Positions 1 to 14,097 are shown, counted from the first letter of the whole stretch. The stretch: 63,942 nt of DNA, filler included, from Choristocarpus tenellus KU-1152 (GCA_964200185.2; 10 parts of 10 records of this genome joined end to end with filler, not necessarily neighbours in it); one strand, 5' to 3'. Numbers and translations: made by a program. The notes: generated by a model from the letters alone, not told the origin.

Positions 1-357
1 GTGTCCATTTGGACCAAAATTAGGAAGAGTGCATTTACATTATCCATCCGATTTATGCAACCAAATCACCCAAAAATCGCGACATGAAAAATTTGACTCC
101 AAATCGATAGCCGCCACCCCCCCTAGATGCTTCAAGCCTGCTGCAGAGTCATGACATCACCCATCATTCTTTCACATTCACCGCATGTTCCCTGAATGCT
201 CTTGGGCCAATTGATCGTTATGATGAACACTTCATTGTCTTGCAATTCCATTTTCTAATAGTATTTCCTCTACTCCCAGGGTTGCCCGCAGTGTCCATTC
301 ACTGCATCTCACTCTCCTGTAACAATCCACGAATGAAGCATGCACAATAACGAAAGA

Positions 358-618
358 GAGCCAAAGCATCTCAGGGTTAGGGTACAGCCGCATCTGTTTG
401 GGGCCCAAAATCCAATGTTGCGATTTTGATTAAAATTTTGGCTGTCATGTTAGTTCAGAAGTGTTAATATCCTTGTTACGGACACACCTTTTCATAACGC
501 ATACGTGTCACCTACTCCGAAACATTTTGGACTAGGACAATGTCATTAAAAATTGTGGGAAGCCAAGCCCCGAACGGACAAAACAGAACAAAACTCGTAC
601 CCTAACCCTAAGATACTC
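358..618 (+). mobile_element. MITE family A copy 1 (telomere-modified TIRs)
   Basis: Aligns end to end with the other family A copies. Its TIRs carry a GGTT/AACC insertion. Confidence 0.85.
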
Positions 619-1188
619 AAAAGCGTCACTCCCGCCCCTAATATAAATTAATAAATAATATAAATTCAAAGGAGCATCAGAATGGGAAGGCAGTGTCTCA
701 CCCGGAAACGACACTGAACCATTAGATAAAATCAGAGCACAAGAGGAATTGGCCAAAGGAAGAATCCCTTCGTTTCAGAGGTGGGGGTCGGTGGGTGTTC
801 TGCACATCCCTACCAACTCTTGGTCCCTCAGGTCAGCCCTGCAGGGCGGAGAGCGGGTTGAGGAGGGGAGCAAAGAGTGGAACAGAAGGCATGGGGGGGG
901 TGTGATAGCAACAGAGACCTGGGATTGGTTAGAGGCATTCTGTCAGAGGTCAGAGGAAGGTTTACAGGTAAAGCACAGTCTGTTGCTTCTTACGTATATG
1001 ACTGAGCATGGGAATGTTTGGAAGGATATGTATGTCACGACTGTGACTTATCCCACAAAGGCTAATCACAGTAAGAAGGGTAAGCACATGTAATCTCACC
1101 AAGGGTATAAGACAAACTGTGAGTTGTGTGTTGGGAGACTGGCAAAGGTTTTGCCACAATGTGTTCTCTTATTTTTGAATATATATTT

Positions 1189-1446
1189 GAGCCAAATTAT
1201 CTTAGAGGGTAGAACCGCATCCATTTGGGGGTCAAAATCCAATGTTTTGATTTTGATGCAATTTTGGACATTGTGTTTGTTAGGAAGTGTAAATATCCGT
1301 CTTCTGGACACAACTTTTCATACATATTTATTTTAACTACTCACAAACGTTTCGGAGTAGGTAAAATGTCATAAAAAAGGCATGATAATCCATGCCCCAA
1401 ATGGACAAACATGGCAAAACCCGTACCCTCTAACATACTTTCACTC
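1189..1446 (+). mobile_element. MITE family A copy 2 (258 bp)
   Basis: GAGCCAAATTATCTTAGAGGGTA ... TACCCTCTAACATACTTTCACTC terminal inverted repeats; flanks TATTT/TATTT. Confidence 0.9.
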
Positions 1447-3786
1447 TATTTTGCACCTCAGTTGTACAATATTCTTTGCAAAATTCCTTGCTCCTCTCTG
1501 CCGCCCAACCTGCTGCTACCTTATACTCCTTGTTCAGAATAAAACTACTAAACAGTAAGTGTGTATGGGGCAATAGCATAGGTGCAATGTCGACCCCCCC
1601 AATGCTGAGAGCTTGTATCTTTTAGATTTTTTGTTTTATTTGGAAAGTAGTTACTACACTCATACAGAGTACCTAGGGTCTCTACTGTTCCCATACACTT
1701 GATTCTCAGACCTGACTAGTATCCAGACCCCACATCTGATTTAAAAAAAAGAAAAGCAAGTGAGTCCCTCTATTGGGTTCAAAACCTTGTTGCCATCAGA
1801 AAATAATTGGTAGCGTAATTGATGCTATTTCCATCATTGTCCGATACCCTAACGATCAGAGCCCCTCCATTAACTAGACAGTTGTGCTCCTATTAACAAT
1901 CCTCAGTCTTTCCCCAACACATCCTTTTCACTCAAACCGAAATAATCCATCATTTGCAATTGCCTGAACCTTTCGTTGGAAAAATCTGAACGGTTAACCC
2001 AGCGCCACCCAACCAGCGAGGTTGGTGGTTGCCACGACCAATATGGTCGCTCTAACGTATCCTTGACTATGAAGGAAATCCTACCCATAGACCAGCGAGG
2101 ACCCTTGATCCAGACCCCATTATACCAACCCCAGTCCAGACCCTAGTCTAACTTCAGCTTCAGAGCTTAAACAATCCTTGCACCAATTCAGGAGGGACCT
2201 GGTCTTGCCATGTTGTTGGTGGTGTCTGACCAACCAGTGGTTTGGCGCTCAGCCACTGTGGCCCAAGCTCAGGCAAGGGGGGGGTGTAAGGGCTCAACCT
2301 CTTCCTGGGACTTTCACCATAGAGATGCAGCGGCCCTCCTCAGTCTCCTCTTTACCTGGACTGACAATGGAAGGACGAGCCCAACAAGGCCTCAGATCAA
2401 CACTAACTTTGGAGGGTTGTGTAGTGCTCGATCAGAAGGGAGGACAAAAGAGGGAGGGGCTAGTGAGGTGGGAAGTGATATTGGGGCAGGACTAGATAGT
2501 CGCCAAACTTCACATGATTCAAGAGGTTTCAGCATTGTTGAGGGGGGTTTGGACGGAGCTGAGACAGAGAAAAATAAAGGGAATGGAGATGACCACTGTG
2601 GTGATCAGTCCAGTAGCAAAGGAGTGGGAATGGGACACGGGTGGGAATTAGCACCCACTAATGTCCATTCCCCACCCAACCGCCACTTTGTCCTGCTCTG
2701 CTCTGGGGTACACCTTCCTTTCAACGTAAAGACATTTGTGAGGGACCACCACACAGGGCTGTCTGCCGTACAGTGGTGCCTTGCCTCAGGCCTCAAAGGT
2801 GAAAGTTGGACAAGACAAGTATGTATTTTGTTGTTGGATGAAATTGTGGAAAACTGGCGCCGGTGAAGAGTACACTATTACATTCCCCTATCATTTAGTC
2901 AACCTCTGGCAGCCACTTCAGTCCTGCTTGCCCCTGAAGTATTGGTCTAAAAAAAAACTGACATCAACATCACACCTTGACATATACATAATACAAGGGT
3001 GAGAAAATTTGTTTTACAATTGATTGTCACTGTGTTCTTGTAGGACTGGCTTCGTGGTAGACATGACCTCTTGTTTCTGATTGATGATGGCAACATGCAT
3101 AATCAGCTCCAGAACATCATCTGCTTCTTGTAATCAATAGCTCTAATCCAGTATCTCACCTACCCTCCTGATTTACAATTCGAACCTCCCCAACTGGACT
3201 CTTGTGCACCAAGGGGATGAGGTACTTCAAATGTCTGGTGGTGTTGGCCATCGTTTTTCATTCACACACTACCCCCAGAGGGGTAACGGGAATGGTCCAG
3301 GGGTTTCCCTCCTCCATCCACTGCCGGATCCAGCTTGTCCGCAGGTAACCTTCCTGGGCATGCAAGCCAGGGCAGACAAGGGTGAGTCATTAGCAGGCAG
3401 AATACATGTGATTGGACTCGGGGAAGAAGCACCATGGCTCTCCTCGTTTTTCATTTCCCATTGTCCTTTCCAGCATGGGGACATCAATAAGGGGATGGAG
3501 ATGAGAGGAGAAATACTTTGTAGGCCTTGGTTTAGCGGTTTCCTATATGAGACAGAAGATGAAAACGATTGGTGATGTAAGTGTGTGGAATCCTAGGTGT
3601 GTCTATTTTTGTTCCATTTATCACAATTGTTGAACTTGTCCTAGGGTGGAAAATATTGTCGCAATACATGCATATTTGATCTAACACATATACCTTTAAA
3701 AGCACTGCTGTTCGTGCCAGAAGCTGTATTATTTGGTGCATGCCTGAGATAGTTCATCCAGATCTTCAAGTTCACTAGTGCACATA

Positions 3787-3890
3787 GACCCAAAGTATCT
3801 GGGGGCGGGGGGGGGGGGGGCCCCACCAGGGTGTCCTTTTTGCCTAAAACAAGGAAAAGTGCATTTATATTGTCCAGCCGCTGGATTCAA
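3787..3890 (+). mobile_element. MITE family B end (GACCCAAAGTATCT + poly-G)
   Basis: Internal part matches bases 1-50. Related termini at 1-138, 27616-27669, 34198-34220 and 59642-59711. Confidence 0.7.
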
Positions 3891-3990
3891 NNNNNNNNNN
3901 NNNNNNNNNNNNNNNNNNNNNNNNNNNNNNNNNNTTAATTAATTAANNNNNNNNNNNNNNNNNNNNNNNNNNNNNNNNNNNNNNNNNNNN
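3891..3990. other. Artificial contig linker (N44-TTAATTAATTAA-N44)
   Basis: Identical 100-bp spacer with a six-frame stop core. It recurs at 18323-18422, 23951-24050, 27516-27615, 34098-34197, 45111-45210, 49252-49351, 54412-54511 and 59542-59641. Confidence 0.97.
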
Positions 3991-6900
3991 ATAAAAAAAA
4001 ATGCTCCCTTTTTTTGTTCGTGTCGGGGTGGGGGGGGGTGGGGGGGGGGGGGGGGGTGGGGGTGGTGAACCTGGCTGCTATCAAGGTAAGGGGGTTATGA
4101 TAAACATACGTTGCTCTTGACAATTTACCCAACTTTGAGACTTTGCTTGTAGGAGAGGGTTGAAGCTACATCCAGGGTTTGTAATAATAGGATATAGGTA
4201 GAGAAACGATTTTAGGTGGAGAGGGAGGGAATTAATTCGACCTGTTCCAGACAGAAACAAGTTTTCTTTTGCTAGTGTCCGTGGTAGAGCACTCTTGTTG
4301 TCATATCATTTTGCAACATGGCCTCTGTGTGTGTGTGTAGTTTGCAGTCTTGACATTATTCCTATGTACCTTTGTTCTTTTTTCTTCACTTAGATTTTTT
4401 TTTACATTTTAGGTTGATTGTGGGACAATGCGATGCATGTGTACTAGTCTACCTTTAAGGATTGACGGATATGTGCAAATATATGCGTGTGGGTGGGTCT
4501 TTGTGTGTGTAGAGATGCATATGTTTTGTTTTTTTAATAGCTAAGCAGCACAAGTGCTCCTCCCTCTCATATTTCAAATGTTGATGAGTTATGTCATTAT
4601 CGCACCCCAATGACCTTATGCGACCCCAAGCGTGAGTTACTTTCAAGCAGTTATGTCTTAATCGAGTGATCCCCAACTCTATCCTTCATCTTCTTGTCAA
4701 CACAGATACCAGGAGTGAGGTACATTCCAATGGTGGGCAAGGTTACAGTGGCCATGCTTGAGAGGAATCTTCTACGACTGCACCACAATTTTGGGACTGG
4801 TAAGTGGCTCTTGCTAGCAGGGAATTAGATAGCAGGGAGGACTTTGAAAAGCAAAGAGACTAGATGTACAGTGTAAAAGCTTCAAAATGATTACCAGGGG
4901 GCCTTCAGATATACATATTTTGTGGGTATGCCCTCCCCTCCCCACCTTAGTAAAACTGCAAAGCTTCGAGCCTTTGTGTGGTGGTGAGCTGACCCTATGG
5001 AATGGATTGGAAGGAGGGGAGCGTTGCTTGTGGTGGTTTGTACAGGAAATATCTATTTTTTCCGCCTTAATACTTTAGTAGCAGATATAAATTGTCTGTA
5101 CCTTGAGACAAGAATGGAAGGATCTATGTTCAAAAACTCCTTTTCTGTAAAGCAACATAGTGAACATGATTCAAAGATGCTTCAAAATCACTATACTTCA
5201 GCCTCCTTGCTCACTTCCTCTTAAATAGTCATTTGGTCAACCTCCTCATATCGCTTCATGGGGTATTTATCGTAGTATTTGTCATTTGAAAAAGATTACC
5301 ACTTGCTACAACACTCTGTCATTGCTTGGGGAAATTATAACCTCAAGACAAACATATAATAGCACATCTGCAAATGCACTCATATGCTTGTTGAAAACCT
5401 TCATTGGCAAGTACTTCACAAATCTGTTCTCTGACCTACTGTACCAACGAAAACAGGACAAATCCCACTATTTCCAACTAATTTTGCAAAGAATTATGTC
5501 AGATATCTATGCGCTTGGTCTGGGTGGAGCTGGTGGCATTACGTAACATCTCCTACCACACCTTATCCTTGAACCTCTCAATGCAATGCTTTGGAAACTG
5601 TAACCGATCAAACACCAATAATCTCCTTTAGAAAAATGTCAACTGCACCACACCACTAAGGAGTGTTTATATCCTCCATAGAGGACAAGCCTTTTGAGTC
5701 TTGAAAATTCTAGCTATTACTCCTCCAGCAAACATCATTGCCCCTCCAGAAACAGATCTTCAATGGTCATAGCCTTCAACATAGCCAACATTTCACATAC
5801 ACACTCGAAATACACTCCTTACCAGTAACCCAGAAGTGAGACCAACACCTGGACAAGTGTTGAGAAACGCCAGTATACACTTGACTACATGCAAGTACTC
5901 AACCTTGAGGGTCTCTCAATCCTTGTCTACATAATGGACTGCAATGGCGAAATCTAGTCTAGTTATTACCGTTACCGCTCTGTACAGAGGTTGTTATCTC
6001 TTACATCTCTTCTAACATTTCTTTTTCAAACCAAACACTATAGTTTTGATAATTTGGTCCAGAAGAAGGGTAATCCTCTGTCCTGTGCAGGGCCCTAGAA
6101 GGATTGTGGGGTGGTGCCCTTCTCCTTGTCCCAGCACAACAAAGTACTTCCACATGCATATATTGTAACTGGTGTGATTGATGCTAACGCTCTGTCTATT
6201 CTTATCACTTTTAAAAATAAAAATAAAACCTACCTAGCACTCAAAATCTCAAAAATCCTCAAATCTAGAGCAAATCCTGCAACTGTTGGGTCAACATTGG
6301 GGAGGGCTATCATTGCACGCATTGTGCCCTTTTCTACATCACTCGAAACACATTGATCCTCTCTACACTCTTCAAACCGCACTCCTGCAAGACACGGACC
6401 AACAATACATTATATTGTCTCTGCTTGGTTGCTTTGTTCCATGTAACATTTTTTGCGACCAAGTATCCTTACCCGACCACAGGTCGCACCTCTCACACAC
6501 AACTACGAATGAATGTAGATCTTCATGTTTCTCTTTCCTGTTTGGTTAAAAGGCAACATAAGTTGCAATGGCATGGAAGGGTGTATTGGGGCAAAAGTGT
6601 TGTGGAAATCTATTCCCTTAGCCTGACAAAAAAAAGAAAAAAATGCTACTCAGCATACCATGTGCTTTTCCATTCATCAAAAAGCTGTTGTTTCCTTTGA
6701 TAATTCCTTTTATGACCTTGTTGAAGAATGTGTAGAATCCCAAGTTTTGATATTGAAATATGTAACTTAATTCCTTCTCAGTAATGCTTTCGGAGGTTGA
6801 AAGTTGGAGTGAGATCTCTCGTTCAAGAAGGGGGTGATAAACCTTTCACTCATCACGGATCACTAATATCTCGTCACTTAATCTGTGTTTCTTTCTATGT

Positions 6901-7791
6901 TGCTTGCTACAGCATTCCTTTTTCAAGGATTCTTCTAGTACTATAATAACCCAGATAATAATTTCGTAGTCACCCGACAAAGACATTACTATCAATTATC
7001 CCGTTATCGAATCATAATAGTTCAACAACTCAATGTTTCTCCTACAGAATAATCGTTTAGACATGAATAAAAAGCATATTCTTAACAGACCTACAACCCA
7101 ACATGCCATGGGTAGACATCAACCCAATTTCCCTTTAAAAAAAACCTGGCGGTTCTTTTGCCCTAGCCCAGTCTCAAAGGATGTACACACTGTTTTCAAA
7201 GTCTTGGGTTCAGGGGGAAGTTTGCAATCTGGCAAACTTATGGAAATATAACCAGAAGCAATGAAATGGGTTGGGGTGTATTGCAAAGGTTACCAAGATT
7301 GCCTAGAATGCAAAGAGGTCCAAACCTGCCTACCTCAAAATTACTTTGACTCTATTGGTGATCTTCACAGCTGGAGCGCTACCTGGACCGGGCAGCTTCT
7401 CAATGGTTGCCCATACCCTTTCCTCCTTCCCGTCCTCTAGATGTTGTATGTAGTACTTGACGATTGCATCGTCTTTGCTTACGTAATCTAGCATTACAAT
7501 TTACAGATTTTGTTAGGCATCTTGTGCCCAATTACTGCAATCTGGTCAACCCAGTCGACCATAGTAGTTAAGGTTACCAGGCGGTCTGTCCCCTGCAGCA
7601 TGTTAACGGCATGAGCCTTTACAGTCTGCCATTACCCCTCAGAGGGATATCTAGTGTCTTCTTGGCCATTGTTTTCTCTGATGCTCAGTACTTGAGTCTT
7701 CACAAATGTCTCGTCCCTAACAGGTACAGGGTTCTCTCCATACTCTGGTAGTGAGTCCCAGTCAATTTGCTCCCAAGAATAAATGTGTATT

Positions 7792-8034
7792 GAGCCAAAC
7801 CAATTGGGAGGTAGGCAGGTTTGGACCCTTTTGCATTTTAAGCCTTTCTTACCCTTTACAATATACTCTATTCTGTTGCTTCATGTTCACAATAGTGTAC
7901 TCTAAATTGATACTCTGTTTGAACACACACTCAAAGTGACACCACAATACGGCAAAGGCTCTGCAATTTTGTAAAATGGCCTCTTTTTACCCTTTCTGAA
8001 TGCAACCCTGCCTACATCTCAATCGGTTTGGTTC
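7792..8034 (+). mobile_element. MITE family C (243 bp, ~28-bp imperfect TIR)
   Basis: GAGCCAAACCAATTGGGAGGTAGGCAGG vs reverse complement of the right end GAACCAAACCGATTGAGATGTAGGCAGG; a related terminus lies at 7305-7352 (minus). Confidence 0.75.
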
Positions 8035-8989
8035 AATGACAAACCAATCGAGACAGTGGAGATCAGCTACATCAGGTTGGTTTGATACCCCTATGAAGTC
8101 ATCTTTTGAGTTACCTGTATTTTGCCCTAATCACTCCAGTTGGTAGCGTCTCCCTGGCTAGAGATCCTCTTGGATGCGTTCAGAAGCTCATTGCTCGCAG
8201 GACAATACAGTGAGTTGGACACTGATTCATTATCCGCAGGTAGGGGGATCTTCAAAAACATGCAGACACTTTCCTAATCTTATGCTATGCTGAGTCATGT
8301 AACACATTCTTAGTGACAGCTAACCCAGCATGATGCATTTATGACACATTATGCTTACACTATCCTTTCTACCAAATAAACAAGAACAGTTTATGCTAAT
8401 AGGCATTTTCTCATCCTCCCCGGATCGCTTCATGCAATGTTCGTGCTTGTATCTGCATAACAGAACACAATTTCTTTAGTCAAAATCCTACAGGGTAGAT
8501 TGATCGGCAAATGTCCTCAGATCAAGATTATCCAGGTTAATTTCTATATATTGGTATTGTTCATGAAGGAATTTCCTCTTGAGGTATGTGTTTTCCCCTT
8601 ATGTGTGGGTGGATCTTCAACTGTCTTGGCACTGCTAATTTATGGGGACACTACTTCATAGTAGTGTGCTCAGCAGAGCCCTCCACCTTGAGCTCAAGCA
8701 AGAAATCATTACCATTCTTTGTGCTGTACTACAACTAAACCTAAAAGACCTAGTTATCATAGAGACTCGAAAGGATGGGAAATGAGGTTCCAGAAAGGAA
8801 GTAATACATTTGAAGTATTTGACACCCTACTATAGTGGTATCAGTAGCTTCGCCCTCTGGGGTTGTCCCGTCTTATCTTTTGATGTAAACATTGGATTTA
8901 AAAAATAAAAGCATATTTATGATGCCCGCCACAACGCCCTCCAGAGTATGGTCTTCGTTTTTTTCGCCATTTTTTTCTTTTTTTGAAGA

Positions 8990-10340
8990 AAGATTGGTCA
9001 TATTGGGGTTCGAACCCTGGATTGTAAGTCACCAAGAGTGGCAACAGATGCACTATTACTTGATTAAAGGTAAAAGCCTCCCCACCCTTTCTTCCTGTGT
9101 GTTCCCGCACCCACTGTTTGACCTCGGCAAGGATGTCCTTGTCGACGCCCAGAATGAAACGCCTCTCGTAGCGCCCTTGCTCCAGCACCTTAATGTGGCC
9201 CTTAGTTAGGAAGTCTCCCTCCCATCTACTCACAGTTTNNNNNNNNNNCATATCCTGCTGCCATCTCGAGCACCGTTTGACGGTCTTTCCCATTGTTCAT
9301 ACACAGGTACAGGATTCGCAGTGTTACAGCCCTTACTATCACATTTCCTTGTTGAGCACCAGAAATAGACGTCGTCCATGTTTCCTGGGTGGGTGATATT
9401 TTGTCATCAAGGCGCAAGGGCGAGGGAGGACAGGCTTGAGTTGAACGAAAATTGTGTTGATTTCTTGAATGCAGCCTGGGAGAAAGTTTTAACAACTTTA
9501 TACATCCAACCCCAAGTCCAGGAATAAAAGTAAATGTACGGCATCTTGCAAGAAGTGGGAGACACCAACCCATTGGTGTGCAAATAGTCTCAATCTCGCA
9601 TCCTCTTCTTCCCTGGCATCCACGTCACTGGCTACCTCCACCTGCTTCACGACCTCTTCTAAGTAAAGGATTTGGTGGTACCAAAAGTCTCCACACCTAC
9701 CTTTGTTACGATTGCTTTCTCCTCTGCCTTGCGAGCACTTTTGACCTTCTTTCGGGCTTCAGAGCCCTTGTACCCCAACCCTAACACCATCTTATTCGTT
9801 TCCTTAAGCCACTCCGGCTCGCACAGCTTCCAAACAGTCAGGGCCTGCTGCAACTATTGACTGCTAAGATATTCTACAACCGAATTTTCGCTTAGGCGTT
9901 TCCTGAGCGCAATGGCATGCAGTTGCACTGCTCTCTTCCCCAATCTCCCCTTCGGGTGGCCACCTTGGTTCTCCCTTCACCTACCGTGACCAGGTTTCCC
10001 CACAGACTCTGTCACTGTACCACCTGGTGATGGACTTGCCGCTCTCTTCCTGCTTTCCCGAGGCGGTAGAGACTGCAGAGCAGTTCTCCGACATGGTTGA
10101 AGATCCAACCACGTTTTTGTGGTAATGATTTCAGTGCATCTTCTCTCAGCATCGGTGTAGTGGTCCCGTGATCCATTTTGCGATTTGATTATGCTGCTGC
10201 ACCACACTACTTGCACTTTCTCGTCACCTAACATCGTATTGAGTGTCACATAGTATTTGCTTTTCCGTGGCCTCTCGACAGAGAAGTTGCCGAGGGTAGA
10301 TCCTGGGGGCAGAGTGGCCTTGGCGACTCTCCTTGTCTAA
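8990..10340 (-). pseudogene. Degenerate transposase-like N-terminal region (possibly Tc1/IS630-related)
   Basis: Broken reading frames including TVSRWEGDF..GRYERRFIL..VKQWVREHTGRKG, an HTH-like segment. No DDE domain is visible. Confidence 0.35.
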
Positions 10341-12653
10341 CTGTCGTGGTTCATGTTGCTGTGTAAGTCACACATGTGTGTGCTCACAGAAAGTCTGCAA
10401 AAGGCGTTAAAAAGATGGCCGCAAATCTTGGGGGGGGTTCGGTATCGCCACACCGGTCAAACTTGGGCAGCGACCTACCCCGGACCAGTTTTTTGAAAGG
10501 AATTCAGTCAACCGCTTCATTTTTGTCCGTTTGGAGTCATGACCTTCAAAATTTCACTGGAGATACTCCCCCGCGTTTTTTTTCCCATTATTTAATCAGG
10601 ACATAGCTCCCGTTCCCCGAAGCCTGGACATTCGTGGATACAAACCTTCAAAAACTCTTGTCATACCCTTTCATTGATACATACATTGTTGTATAACTGT
10701 TGTGGCATTCCGGTGAAAAAGGCTAAGATTGCCACAGAGGGCAAAGCTACTGGTAACACATTAGGAGAAAACCCTAAAGCATTCACTTGCATGACAGGAT
10801 TTCTAATTTAAGACATTTGTAAGCATAGCAAACCTCTTAGGTATGAAGATATGGTGAGTTATTGCCGTTGTGATTTTCAAGGCCAGTTGCTTGAAGTTTT
10901 GCTTGCCAACCCATTTCCCACCTTGTCACTGCCCTGGTCAAACGAACTTTTGCCTTCGTATTTGGTTCCAACAGCTCCGGCAGAGGCATCACCACAGGAG
11001 GCTGCTGCAGCACTGATAACTGACAAGCGAGGGGAGAAGCAGTTGGAGGCCACAGTGGCATGAAGGCTTGATTTTTTGTTTTGTTGTGGACCGCCTGCCC
11101 AGGTGATCCTTCTGGAGTCTATCCATGACCTACATCTGTGCAGTCATGACAGTGGGTGGCTGTCCTCAATGGGGGTTGTGTTGGTTGTGATATTCAGATA
11201 GAATCTTTAGAAAGAAACTCCATATCCAGCCAAAGTTTGGTGAGAAGAGCTGCTCCTCTTGTTTGGACCGATCTTGGCAACCACCAATCGGTATGATGAA
11301 TAGCTTTGTTCGTGTCCCTGCTTGTGTGACTGCCTTACGCTTCACACTGCCCAGCCAATGGTTAAAGTTGATTGAAGGAGAAGCTGGGCAAATCTGAGAG
11401 GAGTGGTCTCTGCAATATACTCGGTTGTGATGAGTAGATGGTCAGTGCCATTTTGTTTGTTTTTATGCATGTTTGTGCCATTGTGTGTGAAGGTAGCACC
11501 TGAGGTACCATTTATCATTCGTAAATGGTTTTATCTGTCATTTTTTTCCTATGCCAGCTTAAGGTTGCCAGCATTGCGGAGATACAAACTGCGCATCTTC
11601 TGTTTCAGCTGACTCTCTAAATGAAATCATAATATTTGTTGTTTGTTGTAGGTAGGAATGGTGGGGGCTAATATGGTGTCCTTGAACACACAATGTTGCA
11701 TACAATGCATACAAAATATTGTATTGTGGTCATCATGTCTTTTTTTTTATTTCAACATAGCAAATATGAGGGCTGGAACATAAAGCTGATTCTTCTGGCA
11801 GAACCAGCGGCAGTAGGCGTGACGTCAGACGGAGAAGGTAGCTGGCAAGGAAGGCTTCAAAAATGGAAAATTAAAATGTATTCTTCAAATTTGGTGCGAA
11901 GATTGGCTGCGCATTTGTATTAATTCCTTCAAACACTCACTCGCCCATTACTCACTCAACCACTGTCAAGAATATGATGTTCTTGTGTAAATATATAGAT
12001 TTTGTAAGAAACAATTAGTTGGAAGAGAACAAGTTGTATTCTGAAGTATAGGAGATAAGTATGGGCTAATGAACTAGAACATGGAAGAGTTCAGGAATAG
12101 AATAGATTTAGTGGAAGAGACCCCTGCTTGGGCTTGAACGCTCACTCCTCCTTACTTCTTCTGCAACCTGTCCAACTCAACAAGGAATAATCAAGTCATT
12201 TATATATGGAAGTCTTGGGAAATGTCAGCTTCTTTAACATGCTATCTAGCACAGTTACTGAAGTATGCTAAGTTCTTCTCCGTTCTCACCCAGTAATAAC
12301 CCACGTGATAAACCTTCCAGGCGAGGCTTAGTTCTCATATAAATTGGGGGACGTGCGAAGTTTGAGGTGGTGGGCTGTCATGACTGTGGAGAATCACCAG
12401 TACAAAGTCGACCAAGTCGCATTTAACGGTTTCAAAAACCTCGTGAAACTTGAAAAGCGGGAGTTTATTGGGATGTCTAGGACAAAGTCCCCCCATCATT
12501 CAAGCAGCTAGCTCATCCCTTCGTCGCCCATCGGTCCCAATTCTTTGACCCAGAAGTCTAAAGTCCAAACTCAAACATCTTAAGGAAGTCAGCATGATGG
12601 CGTGATGCCAGGAGGTTAGACGACGCAAGACTCAGACGCCTCAGGGGACGGCA

Positions 12654-13916
12654 GTGGCAATCGCGGAGGAGTTCGGAATTTCCCGAGTCACCATGTTCCG
12701 TCATCTGAAGGAATATGACAGCCAGCTCACACGGAGTGGATGTATGGACCTTGCCTACATAGCAGGGGGCGATGTGCCCACCATAGAAGTATCCTCAATG
12801 TTTGGGATGTCCATGCAGTATACCACACATCCTTCCACAAATGGGCGGCCAAAGCTGGGGTCTCCTTTGCCTCGTTGTGGGATCTGTGCAAGCACGAGAA
12901 GGTAAAGAAGGTTAAGTGGTGGATAATCCAGTCCTCTCGGACCAGCAGAAAGTCAACAGGGTGGGTTTCGTCATCAGCCACACACACAGATGGGGGGGAT
13001 TCGGGGTAATAGTGGATGATCTGTATGACTAGGTGTATGTGGACGAGAAGTGGTCTTTACATCCTCAAAGATGGGCAAGGTGTGTAGCTGCAACCCACTG
13101 AGGACTTCCCCAAGCCCCCATGGGCACAGAATAAGTGTTACATTCTGAAGGTGCTGTTCCTTGCAGCTGTGGCCTGCCCTAGGAAGTTCTCCAATGGGGT
13201 GTGGTTTAATGGGAAAATCAGGATCTGGCTGATCGTGGACACTACAGCCCCACAGCGCTCCAGTAAACACCACCTCAAGAGCACCAAGGTGCTTGTGCCA
13301 GTCACGGTGGACAGGGAGGGGTGTAAGAAACTCATGATCGAGGGCAATATCCCGGCAATCAAGGACCACATGCCCAGGCTGGAAGGACACACCATCTTCG
13401 TGCAACAGGCGGCGGGGGACAATATTGTCATAGAGACTCAGCCAGTCAGCTAACCCGATCTCAACGTCAACAATCTGGGATTTTTTTATTCCATCCAGTA
13501 ATTGAAGGAAGACATGGGGGTGACCAACACAGAGGAACTGGTGGAGGCCACGATGGAGGCATTGGATGTGTACCCCTGGGAGGCGCTAGAGTGCATCTGG
13601 CAGAGCCACTCCGCTGTCTACAGTGAAGTGCTGCTGGGGTCCGAGGGTGATAACATCTTAGCAAGGAAAGGTCTGAAGCGGGCAAGCTCCCCCCGAATGC
13701 CCTGGTGGATGCAGGAAAATATTGTGCTTGAATGTAGTTTTGGAGGTGGGGGGAAATCGTACATAGGTGTAGACTACCCGATTTTGCTTGAGATTTTGTT
13801 GGGTAACATTATAGTGTCTGCACAATACACCCATAAGATATGAAGATGTGAAAAAGAACCTTGCTTCTTCATTGGGCTGCAAAATGTATGTTACATTTAA
13901 TTCCAAACGGAGGGAG
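12654..13916 (+). mobile_element. Degenerate DD39D (plant-type) mariner transposon
   Basis: Motifs KVLFLAAVACPR, FNGKIRIW, IPAIK, IFVQQ and QPVS*PDLNVNNLGFFYSIQ, with stops and frameshifts. The right end ACGGAGGGAG lies at 13907-13916; the left TIR was not confidently found. Confidence 0.85.
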
Positions 13917-14097
13917 AATTCGATACAGTGCATTACGTTCGTACATTGTGATCGTAGTGAGTACATTTTATGCCCACTTACACAATTTACTGATGTTGTC
14001 ATGGGGGGGGGCAAGAAGCTTCTTGCAAGAGAACACAAACAAGCGAAAACGAGAACCGAGTCTGTATTGCCTACAATATATTGGCCTTCCTACAATA

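Noticed and set aside
2210-2866. 218-aa ORF
   Set aside because: No recognisable motif or splice context; probably decayed repeat sequence.
11150-11400. pogo-like FSPNFGWIWSF motif on the minus strand
   Set aside because: Too short and degenerate to support a call.
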